DNA of 64,000 bases from Patescibacteria group bacterium (GCA_041662625.1 JBAZSB010000003.1:38552-102551); one strand, 5' to 3'. Shown: positions 11,301-19,712, counted from the first letter of the stretch. Translations and numbers: made by a program. Notes: generated from the sequence alone by a model not told the origin.

Positions 11301-12832
11301 GGTATTGCCAGAAACTAGTCCAGGTGGTGACTACGGCCGGCAATAACAAAGCTTGGACTGGTCGGGTTCAGTCGGGTTCTTCTTATATTTTATCTGACGC
11401 TAAAAGCCAAAAGAATTATTTCTTGTATTATGATCCATTTGACTATAATGAAATGCTTGAGGCGGCGGAAGAATGCTATGGTGTATGTAATGTCAATGGC
11501 CAATATTGTGAAATCCTTGGCCCAGGCAGTGAATGTCCTTGTCCAATGGGTGCGCCCCAGCAGATTGCTCAGGAGTGTATGAATGGCAAGTGTTATGATT
11601 GGAGTGGCAGTGATGCCAATACAATACCAACCAGTTATGACTGTACCGGTGATCCTCCTATTACCTTAAATGGAGAGTGTGATACTTATTTGCCTTTGAC
11701 TAATGAAACACCAACCGGAGATTGTATTTTAGATGCCACTTGCATTGGCGGCAAAAAAGAAGGTAATAGTTGCGAGACTGATGATGATTGCACTGATTAT
11801 AGTCCAGCTTGTTTTATCTACCAATCTTCTGATTTTCAGCCATTTGGTGCTATGGTTCCGCCGGCTGAAAGCCAATACCCAGAAAACTGGGATAGCCGAG
11901 TATCCACTTACCGCCAACCATTATTCTATGAACCGCCTTTGATTTCCCTGGCTGAGCCTTATCAGGCACGGATGGGTGAAGATCATACCGCTGACAGCTT
12001 AATGCGAATCTTTTTGAAGACTTATGGTGTCTGGAGCTGGGATGAAGGCGAATCGGATCTAGCAATTGATGACCATTATGAGCCTCTTGATCCTAATGAT
12101 CCTGATGATGCGGTTGATCTTCTGAATTATTCTTGGAATATTGTCAGCGACTGGGATAATACTTCTAAATTTCCGGATGCTGGTTATTGCACCAGTAATA
12201 TTCGGCCAGTTGAACCAACTCCGCCCACTTTGGATGATGTCACTCTTTGCCGCATTCGGCCAATAATTGATCCACTTAATATTTCGATTAATAATAGCCG
12301 CTCGACTGAGATTGGTAATGGTGATCCAGATGCTGTAATCAGCGGGGCCGGTTCGATTAAATTAAGTTTCACGGTCAAAGTTGATCCAAATCAATTGCCT
12401 ATTGGCTCTTACTCCGTAGATTGGGGCGACGGCGAGGTTTCTTCAGTTAATGGTGTTTCTTTGCGTGCCCGGCCCAACGTGGATAATCCTTTAACGTTGT
12501 ACCATGCGTATGATTTCTGGCAATTGCGCCGGCGCTGTAATGATGTAGGAGCATCTTGCACTGATGAGGCGGCCTGGGATGATGGCACCAGTATGCTTTA
12601 CTGCCCGGATGAAAATTCTTGCCGAATAAGATTAAGGATCAAAGTGCGGGATAACTGGAATGCTGAGACCTGCCTACCCGGGTTATCTGAAGTAAATTGT
12701 GCAGTTTCCCGGTGCAATACTTCACTAAGGACTTGTAATTATTCTAATCCTTGTCCCTCCGGCGAACTTTGTTTACCTGACAATAAATATATTCCGTTAT
12801 TAGATTATATCTTAGTCCAGCCAAGGCAATAA
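2336..12832 (+). CDS. giant (3498 aa) Cys-rich secreted/surface protein with multiple CBM4/9-like carbohydrate-binding-type modules
   Basis: Uninterrupted 10.5-kb ORF. N-terminal signal-anchor (VVLVSMVLSLITPALIYPEP). At least 4-5 modules start with N(P/S/A)SFE/NADFK...W...GW, typical of CBM_4_9. Cys-rich segments throughout. Confidence 0.7.
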   Translation: MIKEIKPKLNLPAATQEADQTISNKWFLAFKKIVTEVVLVSMVLSLITPALIYPEPARASNPTGAPPVTKQYPPKPTEVQVHDASGVKVIQDESGKTQAEVKKGTDNVTEAQKKDTKELTKWEVFKKNLDKMYQKLRNAVKVAAAEAFSYMLNTFAYDTATWLASGGEGQQPMFFTEDWGEYLTNLVDNAAGTFLEKLGNNSWINLNLCTPSLGLKISIGLGLGNLRRPKQPDCTVTKMIKNWKSWAESPNFLSQFDDIFDPKSNDIGIAAKAFGLYYQKVEEDWLAGIFRRKEGEGFKSVGDSIADTILTPGTVTAEGAKQLTRTETGSKGEEVKVEYGNIFNIAIATFINTLLGKLFERLFKKGLVSSKDDKTIDLSGLGNLLARGATNQDLYTGESGIELYSGEKAARLRFLDLLQAGAKQGGAYDVLTKLVYCSDPENPGPDECAIKQDFRSAIERKLTLREAIDQGLIDGNAPFGFMDWDASALYRGISYRSITILRTFRVVPVGWEIAAQTINKFDPGKTYSLNDLIARFADESSDNLFYGLIDPEWVLTLPDHFCKLEGYGSKVVYEGVIGGDDANSDGDFTDANDVPPQRTVGRAEYCADYQSCLQKDESGNCQYYGYCTEERRIWDLQGKGCKPYFNTCQTFQRSDNKVFSFLENTLDFNGCSADNAGCQWYCQVFNPSSDIWTCTNEHIVIDPATGAIDAERVLKPCNLAGGCLVSTSCEIAEGDSSCVDNTNGTNLSISNSCNSGSRWWVGDKCIINPADALCTIKQGDVGCTLTGCESFANLLLNPSFETAASPGNLADKWSTSSGSLTYFERAAGASERIHAGKNSLRFFSYGLSVNETVSAAELELPVGNYYTFSGYVYDYLNAGAITLEVGGSGVTSAQSRVSTKGNGWQLLTFDFLVDKESSPGSGKGKVQVKIIVSGDQVGGTAWFDDFRITQSCVVENVTLTLIGTVGVNESKIHLDRDAQSCDAQNVGCSELIRTLPNFGTNLVPNSSFEDWSDPSGVPQGWQTGENWNSANTSFEQAEGYSDNYSLKLIKKTISTNDDNFSRDFEIPLFALKPNTTYRVSFMARSDQDAAASDRLWYTEILSNHNPDYYCSLDQAENCYIGTVDENEAHCTSLNKGHCVFDYDGVFIGSQRLFPLTDEWQQFVSASFTTRHFSYDFKFSISSHYTNPAKPLYIDNVQVEEVETNNAAVSSYSDYGTKNLVYLKKPPATLACHGYTIDRPSPDVLTGVNQTQCNGENMVWRKFCANATDATDAGEACTNNGECDSNRCNPQGANGCDASGQFCCHYTDWPECSNFAMYCQEDEVGCELYRPVLGGQSIPAKVSIQDYCPAECVGYEAYKQSTSHFESQESLEYFIPKTAKSCTASQVGCTEFTNLDEVARGGEGKEYYQYLRQCRKPDQSDANCQNFYNWQGSDETGYQLKLYNLTGQTPSGGAPLEVNTDPTLWPTYWCEVKTDSGTNGPDCCDGPEDLAANPFCKEFYAASGEIYYRIYANTISCSDDCHPLRQTRLEKDESLARANCDNTKGTWEGDACVYHAIPQEGTRCSASAAGCREYRGNAGGNIFTAFADNFESGDTVGWRFGAISSEALSITGHSIKTQLLGSDTDSNGTIDTYDKRVVTSWASLWKAGTTEYINANIVSCTDTNSTDVPFCDTTHTSNCYDLQLGKCIAKETENNETCYVALGEKSCGVMGNVLLPSRTYLISFWAKNASGVADITLDLLGAVDPAPLATISLSPEWNYYSLGPFTTRAQPDFDLSARLRFIGSVRDSNPDSPSLVDFYVDNVEIKEVADYVYVIKNSWQTPASCDTNPWTLPQPTPAPQFMLGCKQYLDSYSRTHNLKSFTNLCRLEAVGCEALIDTFNLTSPFAKVFNENDANSDVSIPADRLVYLVNRTNYQCPSTKKGCQAVGQPTINVNQEAVNYKTAYLINDPNQYSSSLCSNPEVGCEEWSTGNGFSYFKDPGQRVCEYRLAPGQTQSNWFKFGSSAQTGDCPLVQPSVGVPHPTDNWVGLCASEASSCNQFIDPVSLMSKNLVFNADFKTNVVTTDTPDVPDGWQANLTTDGLVQSLSLQHGNLYTLSFTSNKNLSLADNDLHFEIRNCPQITSFDHSLNNVCINTVTGEPVQPQKLCQSDDNCDVTNHQICSTNVLVISQGAYTGDSRTSTQIDNFPQNQISYSGRVFVTRDCNAKIMITNVGGTIESIIGTAANNYTDGLVKEVALRKTDINYVLADSVDKRSCNGIVDPERYCVLFNDRSEVNYKLGEDDFSYLGFDADVSGINVNNGLPVLQCAGNCDSNAVLNVRPDRTCETWLACNSYATVVNAEGGEERQCLNLGLCNLLADDGSCLNFLETSHGDARKDFYQEPEQIQNLSGYSKAGLEVSDTFNKTIYGYYPYVEMSQEGGATSITNSNFDSVFSEGKEPLGWAEYESKDSQGWQNFKYTIGTDFNSALEGGYLQLNTFYQVVSEDVDLEKGTNYILGGWINTLELKHNNLNDSQLFTQICYKLNNQLDLTCPPELKVFAGLGWQYVTATFNSAGSTALKIVLKNNAGDILACRDGHEDTACAISGYSLLDEILLKPVLKVKNQTPDNLRDFIARSCRLYPDFDSLACQYFEENVLHRGIFGYCLTQDPNNLKQCLQWWPVDQIGGQLTDEILAYNIQSPLYYCVEKGERQIFSEDTEFSFLVSDFSGNFTDAYGLSAQLVPFEISEDYRPAFRYPYVRQFSVRPQIFPRNDWLIPGVGFRLLALGDTLIEVNIFGDQGLKNDPFDLTIGPTGNRGILLAPWGVLVAIPVEMLYAFIAADHGALDMDAHYIGEMNEGIESLGLGEILPDNAVELNLYFIWSWPNGINPENIGRAESTIQTLRQVGDIAKLLLALGGASANSAQHDDAWEEEGVPVFGILEGEETSLNIVFGSLVGVKIATEQDPMYSGIAEDPVPDIPGDIYGGIVVMVEETTDGDLAPGMKLDFIPSEAKAGYCQKLVQVVTTAGNNKAWTGRVQSGSSYILSDAKSQKNYFLYYDPFDYNEMLEAAEECYGVCNVNGQYCEILGPGSECPCPMGAPQQIAQECMNGKCYDWSGSDANTIPTSYDCTGDPPITLNGECDTYLPLTNETPTGDCILDATCIGGKKEGNSCETDDDCTDYSPACFIYQSSDFQPFGAMVPPAESQYPENWDSRVSTYRQPLFYEPPLISLAEPYQARMGEDHTADSLMRIFLKTYGVWSWDEGESDLAIDDHYEPLDPNDPDDAVDLLNYSWNIVSDWDNTSKFPDAGYCTSNIRPVEPTPPTLDDVTLCRIRPIIDPLNISINNSRSTEIGNGDPDAVISGAGSIKLSFTVKVDPNQLPIGSYSVDWGDGEVSSVNGVSLRARPNVDNPLTLYHAYDFWQLRRRCNDVGASCTDEAAWDDGTSMLYCPDENSCRIRLRIKVRDNWNAETCLPGLSEVNCAVSRCNTSLRTCNYSNPCPSGELCLPDNKYIPLLDYILVQPRQ

Positions 12833-12835
12833 TTT

Positions 12836-15800
12836 ATGATGGCTAAGTACGGTCAAAAATTAAGAAAGGCAAAATGGCTAATTGGTTTAGTAATAGTTTT
12901 ATTATTTTTCCTGTTTAGCAATTTTGCCTTGGCAGCCGATGAACCTGGTACCGTCGAGAAAGTAGTTGCCGAATTAATTACTTGGATTTGCATGGCTTTG
13001 ATTAAATTTATTGGCGGGTTATTGGCTATTCTGATTAAAGTTTTACTTTGGCTGATGCGCTATAACGGGTTTGTGGTTTCTACAGCCGTGGCCAACGGCT
13101 GGGTGCTGGTGCGTGATATCTCGAATTTGTTTTTTGTTGTTATCTTATTAGGTATTGCCATTGGTACAATTCTGCGGATTGAATCTTATAATTTTAAAAA
13201 GTTGCTGCCCAAAGTTTTAATTATGGCAGTTTTAGTCAATTTCAGCCGAACCATCTGCGGTTTGATTATTGATGCGGCCCAGGTGGTGATGATGACTTTT
13301 GCTGCCGCTTTTGCCGGTAATGTCGGTGAGAAAGCCATAATTGGTCTTTTAAATTTAGATCAAATAGTTAATTCCGAGACCTGGAATCCTCAGCAAGGTC
13401 TCGATCAGATGACGGTCGCTGTCAGTGCGCTTCTGGCAGTTATTTTACTTCTGGTCGCTTTAGTAGCAATTGTGGTCTATATTGCCGTTCTTATGATGCG
13501 GATTGTTTATCTTTGGCTTTTGGTGATTTTTTCACCCCTTGCCTATATTGCTGCGGCTTTTCCCCAAGGTATGGGTTATGCCAAGCAATGGTGGCAGGAA
13601 TTTGGCAAATATGTCATTATTGGGCCTTTGCTTGCTTTTAATCTCTGGTTAGCTTTTTCTATAGCTGGTACTAGTGGTGGTATATCACCATTAGAGTTGA
13701 ATATAACTGAAGCTGAAGGTCAAGAATTAACTACCGCCTATGTCGGTAAAGAGGCCGCAAACCAGCATTTCATCAATGCCATTGGCGGGCCTTATCAGAT
13801 GGTTTCTTTTATTATCGCTATTGCCATGCTTTTTGTTGGGTTAGCTATGATTAATAAAGTCGGGGTGGCGGGTGGCAATTTGGCTAGTAGCGCGATGAAT
13901 AAGATGAGGCAGCTAGGTACAGCGCCTTTTAGAGCCGGAGCTACACTAGGATTAAAGGCGGCTAAATCACCTATAACTGCTTATGCTTGGGGTGCTCGTA
14001 AATTAAAAGCTGGTTCAGTACCTGCTCTGCGTTGGATGAAAGGTGTTGAGTTAAATCCAGCCAATATTTATCGGGATGTCTCTGGCGCCCTTGCCAGAAA
14101 GAAGGTAGAAGATATCCGCCGAGGTAAACTCGCCGCTGGTGAACATTTAAAATCAGGTGGCTTCCGCGGGGCGGTTTTAGGGCTTGGGGCAACCGAGTGG
14201 GGTGATAATTATTTGAAAGGTTTTATGTTTCAGCAGGGAATCAGGCGGGCTATTTATGGTAAGGCCAAGAGGGCAGGAAAATTTACAGAGCAGGCCGAAA
14301 AATATGAAAAAATCGCCGGTCAAATGACAGTTCAAGAAAGACAGGAGGCAGAAATAAAAGAACAAGAAAATTTGGGTAAAGCCCAAGCAATCCGTGGTCA
14401 TCTGAAAAGCAGAGAAGTTGATTTGAATCAACCTGATAATGAATCTTCGCAGTTGGTGAGTCAGTATATTAGCGATTTAGAAAATAATCTTGAAGCCATT
14501 GAACAAGATAGAATTGATGCAAACTCTAAAGGCAATAAGGCTGAGGTAGACAAATTGACTAAAGAAAAAGAAGGAATGGAAAAACAGCTTAAAACTTTGC
14601 GGGGTAAGGCACAAGAAGGAGGGGGAAAAATTAAATTTGATGATCTAGATAACAATACAAGATTATCAATAGAATCGCTTTTAGATGTTAAAGCAAAGGC
14701 ATATGAAGGCGGGGCAAAATCGATCCGTAAAAATATTGATCAAAGAACGCCAGAAGGCAAAACCATCACCGAAAAACAAAGAGAGCAGGCACGAGAAAAA
14801 GCAGATTATTGGCGCAAAAGAGTGGATCGGGCGGCAGCTCTTACCCCTCAAGATGCTTATACTCGTGGTGAACGGCGAAGCGCTTTTGAAGAACAGCGGA
14901 AGTTATTTGGGGAAACAACTAATGAATTTGAATTGATGGCTGCTTTCCGGAGTGCTGTGACGCGGGGTGAATTAACCGAGGCTGGCGGTATTGCTTTACA
15001 ATCAGCCCGGGTCAGTCATTTAAATGAGTTGGTTAATGATACTCGGGCAACACAGGATTATTTTTATGATAAAGAAGGAAGAATTACCACTGACAAAAAA
15101 GAAGCAGATACAAATCGTGGTCGAAATGGGGTGGCTTATGCTAAAGGTGAGAGTTTTAAAGCTGATGTTGACGGTTTACATGCTTTTACGCAAGAAGTTT
15201 TTATGCATCGGCTTGATGCCGGGAAACAAACTGCCCTTTCATTAGAAAATGATTTAAGCAACATTTCCGAAGCTAATAACTGGTGGACATTTGGCCAGGC
15301 AACTTCTGCTGATTCTGCTGGTCTTTTACAGCAGAACGCGAAAGAATTACAACAAACGAGAAGTTACGTTGAAATGACTAAAAGAGATTTTGAAAGATTG
15401 AGCCGGGAAGGTAATCGGGGAGCCTGGATGACAGAAATGTGGATTGATGACGACGACCATTCTAAGGGTCGTAAGGCAATTTTAAATCCGGTTGGCGTGG
15501 TTGGTATGGCCCAAAACTGGGAAAGCATTTTAACTAACTTGCCTCGTGGTCGTTATAATAAAAATAATGCCATTCACATGATGTCAGAAGAGAACCAAAA
15601 GATTTTGGATGCAATCGAAGAGCAATACATCCCGGACTCTAGCAAAAAGAAATGGAAACAGTTCAGAAATGAACTTGAAAAATTTGCCGGTAAAGCGACT
15701 GGTGGAGCCGGAGGATCGTTGGGTGATCGAGTCCGTGAAGAATTGGGTGAAGCCGAAGTAATCAGGCGAACAGCGGCTAAAACACAGCCAGAAGGATTTT

Positions 15801-16366
15801 TAGATTTTGTGGAGGAACACGCCGTCGTGGAAGAACACCCCGTCGTGGAAGAACACCCCGTCTCAGGCCAAGCTTCAGCGGGTCAATCACCGCAAGCACC
15901 GGCAATATCTCCTGGATTAAATTTGTCGCCAGTACCGGCAATACCTTCTGGATTCAATTTGCCGCCTGCTGCTGCTAATAGAGTTGATAATTTAATGGAT
16001 CAAATGGATGATTTAGGAAGAATCTCTGGTCTTGTTAGCGGAGCTTTATCTCCAGAAGAACAAGCAGAAGATCTAGCAAGACTTAATGATGGAATTAGTA
16101 AACTAGCCGATAATATTGAAAAACTTGGCGATCAATTAGGTGATTTAGAGCATTTGGGTAGCGTTAGTCAATCTCTTACTGATTTAGGTAAAGATATTAG
16201 AAGTCAGCAAGGTGCTAGAGGAGCGGCGGATAATCCCAATGAGGCTGTTAAGCTTTTAAGAGAAATTGAGAATACACTTGAAAATTTGCAAATGCAAAGG
16301 TCAGCCGGTGAGGAAAGTCGAGAGGATGAAGATGAAGATGAATATGAAGAATTGGGACCACTTTAG
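12836..16366 (+). CDS. polytopic membrane protein (about 8 TM helices) with a long charged coiled-coil C-terminal tail; VirB6/TrbL-like candidate
   Basis: N-terminal signal followed by multiple hydrophobic helices over about 330 aa. C-terminal about 800 aa is rich in E/K/R/Q coiled-coil and contains EEH(A/P)VVEEHPV repeats. Lies 3 bp after the giant gene. Confidence 0.5.
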   Translation: MMAKYGQKLRKAKWLIGLVIVLLFFLFSNFALAADEPGTVEKVVAELITWICMALIKFIGGLLAILIKVLLWLMRYNGFVVSTAVANGWVLVRDISNLFFVVILLGIAIGTILRIESYNFKKLLPKVLIMAVLVNFSRTICGLIIDAAQVVMMTFAAAFAGNVGEKAIIGLLNLDQIVNSETWNPQQGLDQMTVAVSALLAVILLLVALVAIVVYIAVLMMRIVYLWLLVIFSPLAYIAAAFPQGMGYAKQWWQEFGKYVIIGPLLAFNLWLAFSIAGTSGGISPLELNITEAEGQELTTAYVGKEAANQHFINAIGGPYQMVSFIIAIAMLFVGLAMINKVGVAGGNLASSAMNKMRQLGTAPFRAGATLGLKAAKSPITAYAWGARKLKAGSVPALRWMKGVELNPANIYRDVSGALARKKVEDIRRGKLAAGEHLKSGGFRGAVLGLGATEWGDNYLKGFMFQQGIRRAIYGKAKRAGKFTEQAEKYEKIAGQMTVQERQEAEIKEQENLGKAQAIRGHLKSREVDLNQPDNESSQLVSQYISDLENNLEAIEQDRIDANSKGNKAEVDKLTKEKEGMEKQLKTLRGKAQEGGGKIKFDDLDNNTRLSIESLLDVKAKAYEGGAKSIRKNIDQRTPEGKTITEKQREQAREKADYWRKRVDRAAALTPQDAYTRGERRSAFEEQRKLFGETTNEFELMAAFRSAVTRGELTEAGGIALQSARVSHLNELVNDTRATQDYFYDKEGRITTDKKEADTNRGRNGVAYAKGESFKADVDGLHAFTQEVFMHRLDAGKQTALSLENDLSNISEANNWWTFGQATSADSAGLLQQNAKELQQTRSYVEMTKRDFERLSREGNRGAWMTEMWIDDDDHSKGRKAILNPVGVVGMAQNWESILTNLPRGRYNKNNAIHMMSEENQKILDAIEEQYIPDSSKKKWKQFRNELEKFAGKATGGAGGSLGDRVREELGEAEVIRRTAAKTQPEGFLDFVEEHAVVEEHPVVEEHPVSGQASAGQSPQAPAISPGLNLSPVPAIPSGFNLPPAAANRVDNLMDQMDDLGRISGLVSGALSPEEQAEDLARLNDGISKLADNIEKLGDQLGDLEHLGSVSQSLTDLGKDIRSQQGARGAADNPNEAVKLLREIENTLENLQMQRSAGEESREDEDEDEYEELGPL

Positions 16367-16381
16367 AACTATAAAGTAAAT

Positions 16382-17773
16382 ATGACTAATGATCAAAAAC
16401 AAAAAATAAATAATCTGATTAGCAAATTAAATGCCGATTTATCGGATATTAATTTTTTTAAAAAAACGCAGGAAGAACTAACTGATTTAATTGTTCAAAA
16501 CAGCGCAGAGCAAGCTTATTATTTGGCGATTTTTCTGGATTATTTTCTTAAACAAAGAAAAAATTTTGAAAAAGATTATCCACAATTATACCGAGATTAT
16601 CAGACGATTATTAGTAAGGCCAAATGGGTTTGCCTCCCTTTACTTTCGTTGCAAGAGGTTATTGGTTTATTTGAGGAAAATTTGGCTGAAGCTTTGCTTG
16701 ATCCTGATATTGTAGTATGGGAAAAATTAAGGGCATTTTTAGTTGCCCATATTTTACTTGATGAACGCGATAATATCAAAAGGGAACTGAGGGCGACTTT
16801 ATTGAGAAATAATCAAATTTTAACCCAAGGTGATATTATAGCGGAAAATCAATCTCATTCCGGCACAATTAGTAACTGGTTGCGTGATTATAACCAAAAG
16901 TTAGGAGCGGCAAAGTTAGAAAGTAAAAATATTGAATTGTATCAATATATCACTAATGATAGCAATATTAAGAAGTTGAACCCTGAAGAAAGAAGATGTC
17001 TAATTAGTTTATTTACTTTATATGAGAGGCTAAAGGCTTCTTCTTCAGAGGTGGCTGGTTATGAAGGTTCATTAGGCATATCTGATGAAGGAGAAGGTAA
17101 ATTTGCTATTATTTCGGATGGCGAAGTAGTAAGTCTTGATAAGAGATCAGAAAAAATGATTGAGCAAGCACAAGATATCATTGATGTTGCCTTAGGTAAA
17201 AAACCAGCTTCCATTTTGAAAAAATCAAAAGTTGTTGAATCACCAATTCAGTCAGTTGATAATGAACCGCCAAAACAAACGCTGATAGAAAAGGAGATTT
17301 TGGCCGCTTATCAAGGCGACCAAAAACAGCAGCAAGCTATTGCTAAAGAAGAAGCAAAAATCACTAAAAGTTTTGGTACTGACTTGATGAAGATCCGGCA
17401 AGAGTTTTTCCTTGCCGTTCAGAATAAGAATGTTAGCCGCACTATTGCCACTCTGAATATTTTAACTAAACAAAATGATCTGGAAAACTTCGTGAAAACT
17501 GATACTAAATTAAGTCAATTTCTAACCGCGATTTGGGAGAAGCGCTATGGTAAGGAGTTTACTGCCGAGTTTAAACAAAAGCCGGGTCAACTGAAGTTCG
17601 TCCGTTTATTCCTGCGCTATGTTTTGGAAGAACGGTTGGGACTTTCAGTCAGTGAGGCGGCACGAGTGGGCTTACAACTGGGTAATATCTTTGTTAGTTT
17701 GGGCCAGAAAGATTATAATAAAATGGCGTATTTTGATGTTGAGGCGAAAGCTTTTAATTGGTTTGAGGATTAG
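16382..17773 (+). CDS. hypothetical protein (463 aa), last gene of the giant-protein operon
   Basis: Long ORF, no TM helix, no recognisable motif. Confidence 0.5.
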   Translation: MTNDQKQKINNLISKLNADLSDINFFKKTQEELTDLIVQNSAEQAYYLAIFLDYFLKQRKNFEKDYPQLYRDYQTIISKAKWVCLPLLSLQEVIGLFEENLAEALLDPDIVVWEKLRAFLVAHILLDERDNIKRELRATLLRNNQILTQGDIIAENQSHSGTISNWLRDYNQKLGAAKLESKNIELYQYITNDSNIKKLNPEERRCLISLFTLYERLKASSSEVAGYEGSLGISDEGEGKFAIISDGEVVSLDKRSEKMIEQAQDIIDVALGKKPASILKKSKVVESPIQSVDNEPPKQTLIEKEILAAYQGDQKQQQAIAKEEAKITKSFGTDLMKIRQEFFLAVQNKNVSRTIATLNILTKQNDLENFVKTDTKLSQFLTAIWEKRYGKEFTAEFKQKPGQLKFVRLFLRYVLEERLGLSVSEAARVGLQLGNIFVSLGQKDYNKMAYFDVEAKAFNWFED

Positions 17774-17958
17774 GGTGGTATAATGGTAGGAAGGTAGGAT
17801 TGTAGATTGGGAGAAAAATTAAGTTCACATACAATCAACCTGAAGAAGTAATGAAAATGCTAAATAAAATGATTAACAATAGAACGTTAGACTAGTAGAT
17901 CTGTTAGGTTGCCTAATAAATTACCAACCTACCGATCTACAGTCCTACCGATCTACTT
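17774..17958 (+). mobile_element. degraded IVS-like element: GGTAG/CTACC-rich inverted-repeat arms enclosing only the last 18 codons of a four-helix-bundle gene
   Basis: 17817-17895 matches the 5' flank (aaattaagttcacatacaatcaac) and the 3' end (gaagaagtaatgaaaatgctaaataaaatgattaacaataga...) of the intact copy at 19222-19641. The right arm cctaccgatctacagtcctaccgatctac is nearly identical to 19683-19710. Confidence 0.6.
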
Positions 17959-18001
17959 ATTAACTTCCTGCTTGGGGACAGGGCAGAAAGGAAAAGATAA
18001 A

Positions 18002-19177
18002 ATGTCAAAGACTAAAGAAAAAAACCACATTTTTACTTCGGAATCAGTCAGCGAAGGTCATCCGGATAAAGTTTGTGACCAAATTTCCGATGCCATCTTG
18101 GATGAGCTGATTCGTCAGGACAAAAATTCCCATGCCGGAATTGAAACTTTAGCTACGACCGGTCTGGTAGTGGTGGCCGGAGAAATCAGAACGAAAGGTT
18201 ATGTTGATATTGCTAGCATCGTGCGAAGAACGATTAAAGAAATCGGCTATGATGATCATACTATTGGTTTTCATTGGGAAGATTGTGGCGTGATGGTGGC
18301 AATTGATGAACAAAGTCCAGACATTGCCCAGGGCGTGGATAGCGGCCGCGGCAAATTTAAAAAACAAGGCGCTGGTGATCAGGGTTTAATGTTTGGTTAT
18401 GCCTGCAAAGATACGCCCGAATTGATGCCACTGCCCATCATGTTGGCACATCAAATTGTTCAAAGACTCTCTCAGCTTCGGAAAAACAAAACAATGCCTT
18501 ACCTGCGGCCCGATGGCAAGTCAGAGGTTGCGGTTGAATATGTTAATAATAAGCCCAAGCGAGTTGATACGATTATTGTTGCTGCCAGCCACGACTGCGA
18601 AGTTGATGAAAAGAAAGTTGAAAGAGAAGTAATCAATAAAGTCATTAAACCGATTTGTAAAAAATATATCGATCGTAAAACCCGCTATTTCGTTAATGCC
18701 ACTGGTCGTTTTGTCAAATGTGGCCCGCCGGCTGACACTGGTTTAACCGGCAGAAAAATCATTGTTGATACTTATGGTGGTCATGGTAGTCATGGTGGCG
18801 GTTGTTTTTCCGGCAAGGATCCGTCAAAAGTTGACCGCTCGGCTTCTTATATGGCAAGATACGTGGCAAAAAATATTGTTGCCGCCGGAATTGCTGACCG
18901 GTGTGAAGTTCAGATGGCCTATGTCATTGGCGTGGCCGAACCAATCAGTATTTTGGTAGATACTTTTAGTACTGGTAAAATTTCTGACGAAAGAATTGTC
19001 AGTTTAATTAGAAAGTATTTTGATTTAACCCCGGCCGGGATTATTACCAAGCTAAATCTGTTAAGGCCAATTTATAAAAAGACTGCTGCCTACGGCCATT
19101 TTGGCCGCAAGGACCCGGATTTTACCTGGGAAAAGACAGATTTAGCCAAAGTCTTAAGAAAAGCAGCAGGTTTGTAA
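18002..19177 (+). CDS. metK: S-adenosylmethionine synthetase
   Basis: [34 protein letters not shown] is the canonical MetK N-terminus, with [12 protein letters not shown] and DTYGG motifs. SD-like ggaaaggaaaagataaaATG. The ORF-track start at 17909 lies inside the upstream repeat and is rejected. Confidence 0.9.
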   Translation: MSKTKEKNHIFTSESVSEGHPDKVCDQISDAILDELIRQDKNSHAGIETLATTGLVVVAGEIRTKGYVDIASIVRRTIKEIGYDDHTIGFHWEDCGVMVAIDEQSPDIAQGVDSGRGKFKKQGAGDQGLMFGYACKDTPELMPLPIMLAHQIVQRLSQLRKNKTMPYLRPDGKSEVAVEYVNNKPKRVDTIIVAASHDCEVDEKKVEREVINKVIKPICKKYIDRKTRYFVNATGRFVKCGPPADTGLTGRKIIVDTYGGHGSHGGGCFSGKDPSKVDRSASYMARYVAKNIVAAGIADRCEVQMAYVIGVAEPISILVDTFSTGKISDERIVSLIRKYFDLTPAGIITKLNLLRPIYKKTAAYGHFGRKDPDFTWEKTDLAKVLRKAAGL

Positions 19178-19179
19178 AG

Positions 19180-19712
19180 TCGGTAGAACGGTAGGTCAGT
19201 AGGTTGGTAGAACGGTAGAGAAATTAAGTTCACATACAATCAACATAGCGCGCCTAAATAATAATTTATGAAATTATGGCGTTGCTAGTCGATTATAGAA
19301 AGTTGATTGTTTGGCAAAAGGGAGTAGATTTAGTTGTTGAAGTCTACAAATTAACTGAGTTACTTCCCAAGTCAGAGTTGTACGGTTTAACTTCACAAAT
19401 AAGAAGGTCGGCAGTTTCTATTCCATCAAACATTGCCGAAGGCCGAAGAAGGTGTAGTCTAGCCGAGTATAGACATTTTCTACAAATTGCCTTTGGTTCC
19501 GGTGGCGAATTAGAAACCCAGATAGAAATTTGTAAAAGGCTGCCAGGAATAAAAGAGTTCGACTATAGATCAGTAGATTTGCTGCTTGAAGAAGTAATGA
19601 AAATGCTAAATAAAATGATTAACAATAGACAGGTGGATTAGCAGATAGGTAGAACTATAAGGTTGTTTAATAACCTACTAACCTACCGATCTACAATCCT
19701 ACCGATCTACTT
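19180..19712 (+). mobile_element. intact IVS-like element: inverted-repeat arms (GGTAG-rich left, CTACC-rich right) enclosing a four-helix-bundle protein gene
   Basis: The left arm gtcggtagaacggtaggtcagtaggttggtagaacggtag and right arm cctactaacctaccgatctacaatcctaccgatctac are imperfect reverse complements. Same architecture as the degraded copy upstream of metK. Confidence 0.55.
19276..19641 (+). CDS. four-helix-bundle protein (23S rRNA intervening-sequence protein family, TIGR02436-like)
   Basis: About 120 aa. N-terminal (Y/F)xKL(I/K)VWQK, central IAEG(R/S), C-terminal MINNR. Paralog at 62933-63289. Confidence 0.7.
   Translation: MALLVDYRKLIVWQKGVDLVVEVYKLTELLPKSELYGLTSQIRRSAVSIPSNIAEGRRRCSLAEYRHFLQIAFGSGGELETQIEICKRLPGIKEFDYRSVDLLLEEVMKMLNKMINNRQVD

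Noticed and set aside
2803-12378. Numerous short ORFs (60-150 aa) on both strands inside the 3498-aa gene
   Set aside because: All are embedded in an uninterrupted 10.5-kb ORF with domain-level coherence, and none has a start or RBS context. They are antisense or out-of-frame artefacts.
17909-18001. ORF-track start of metK at 17909
   Set aside because: This start lies inside the IVS-like right arm. The canonical MetK N-terminus ([23 protein letters not shown]) begins at the ATG at 18002, which has an SD-like sequence.
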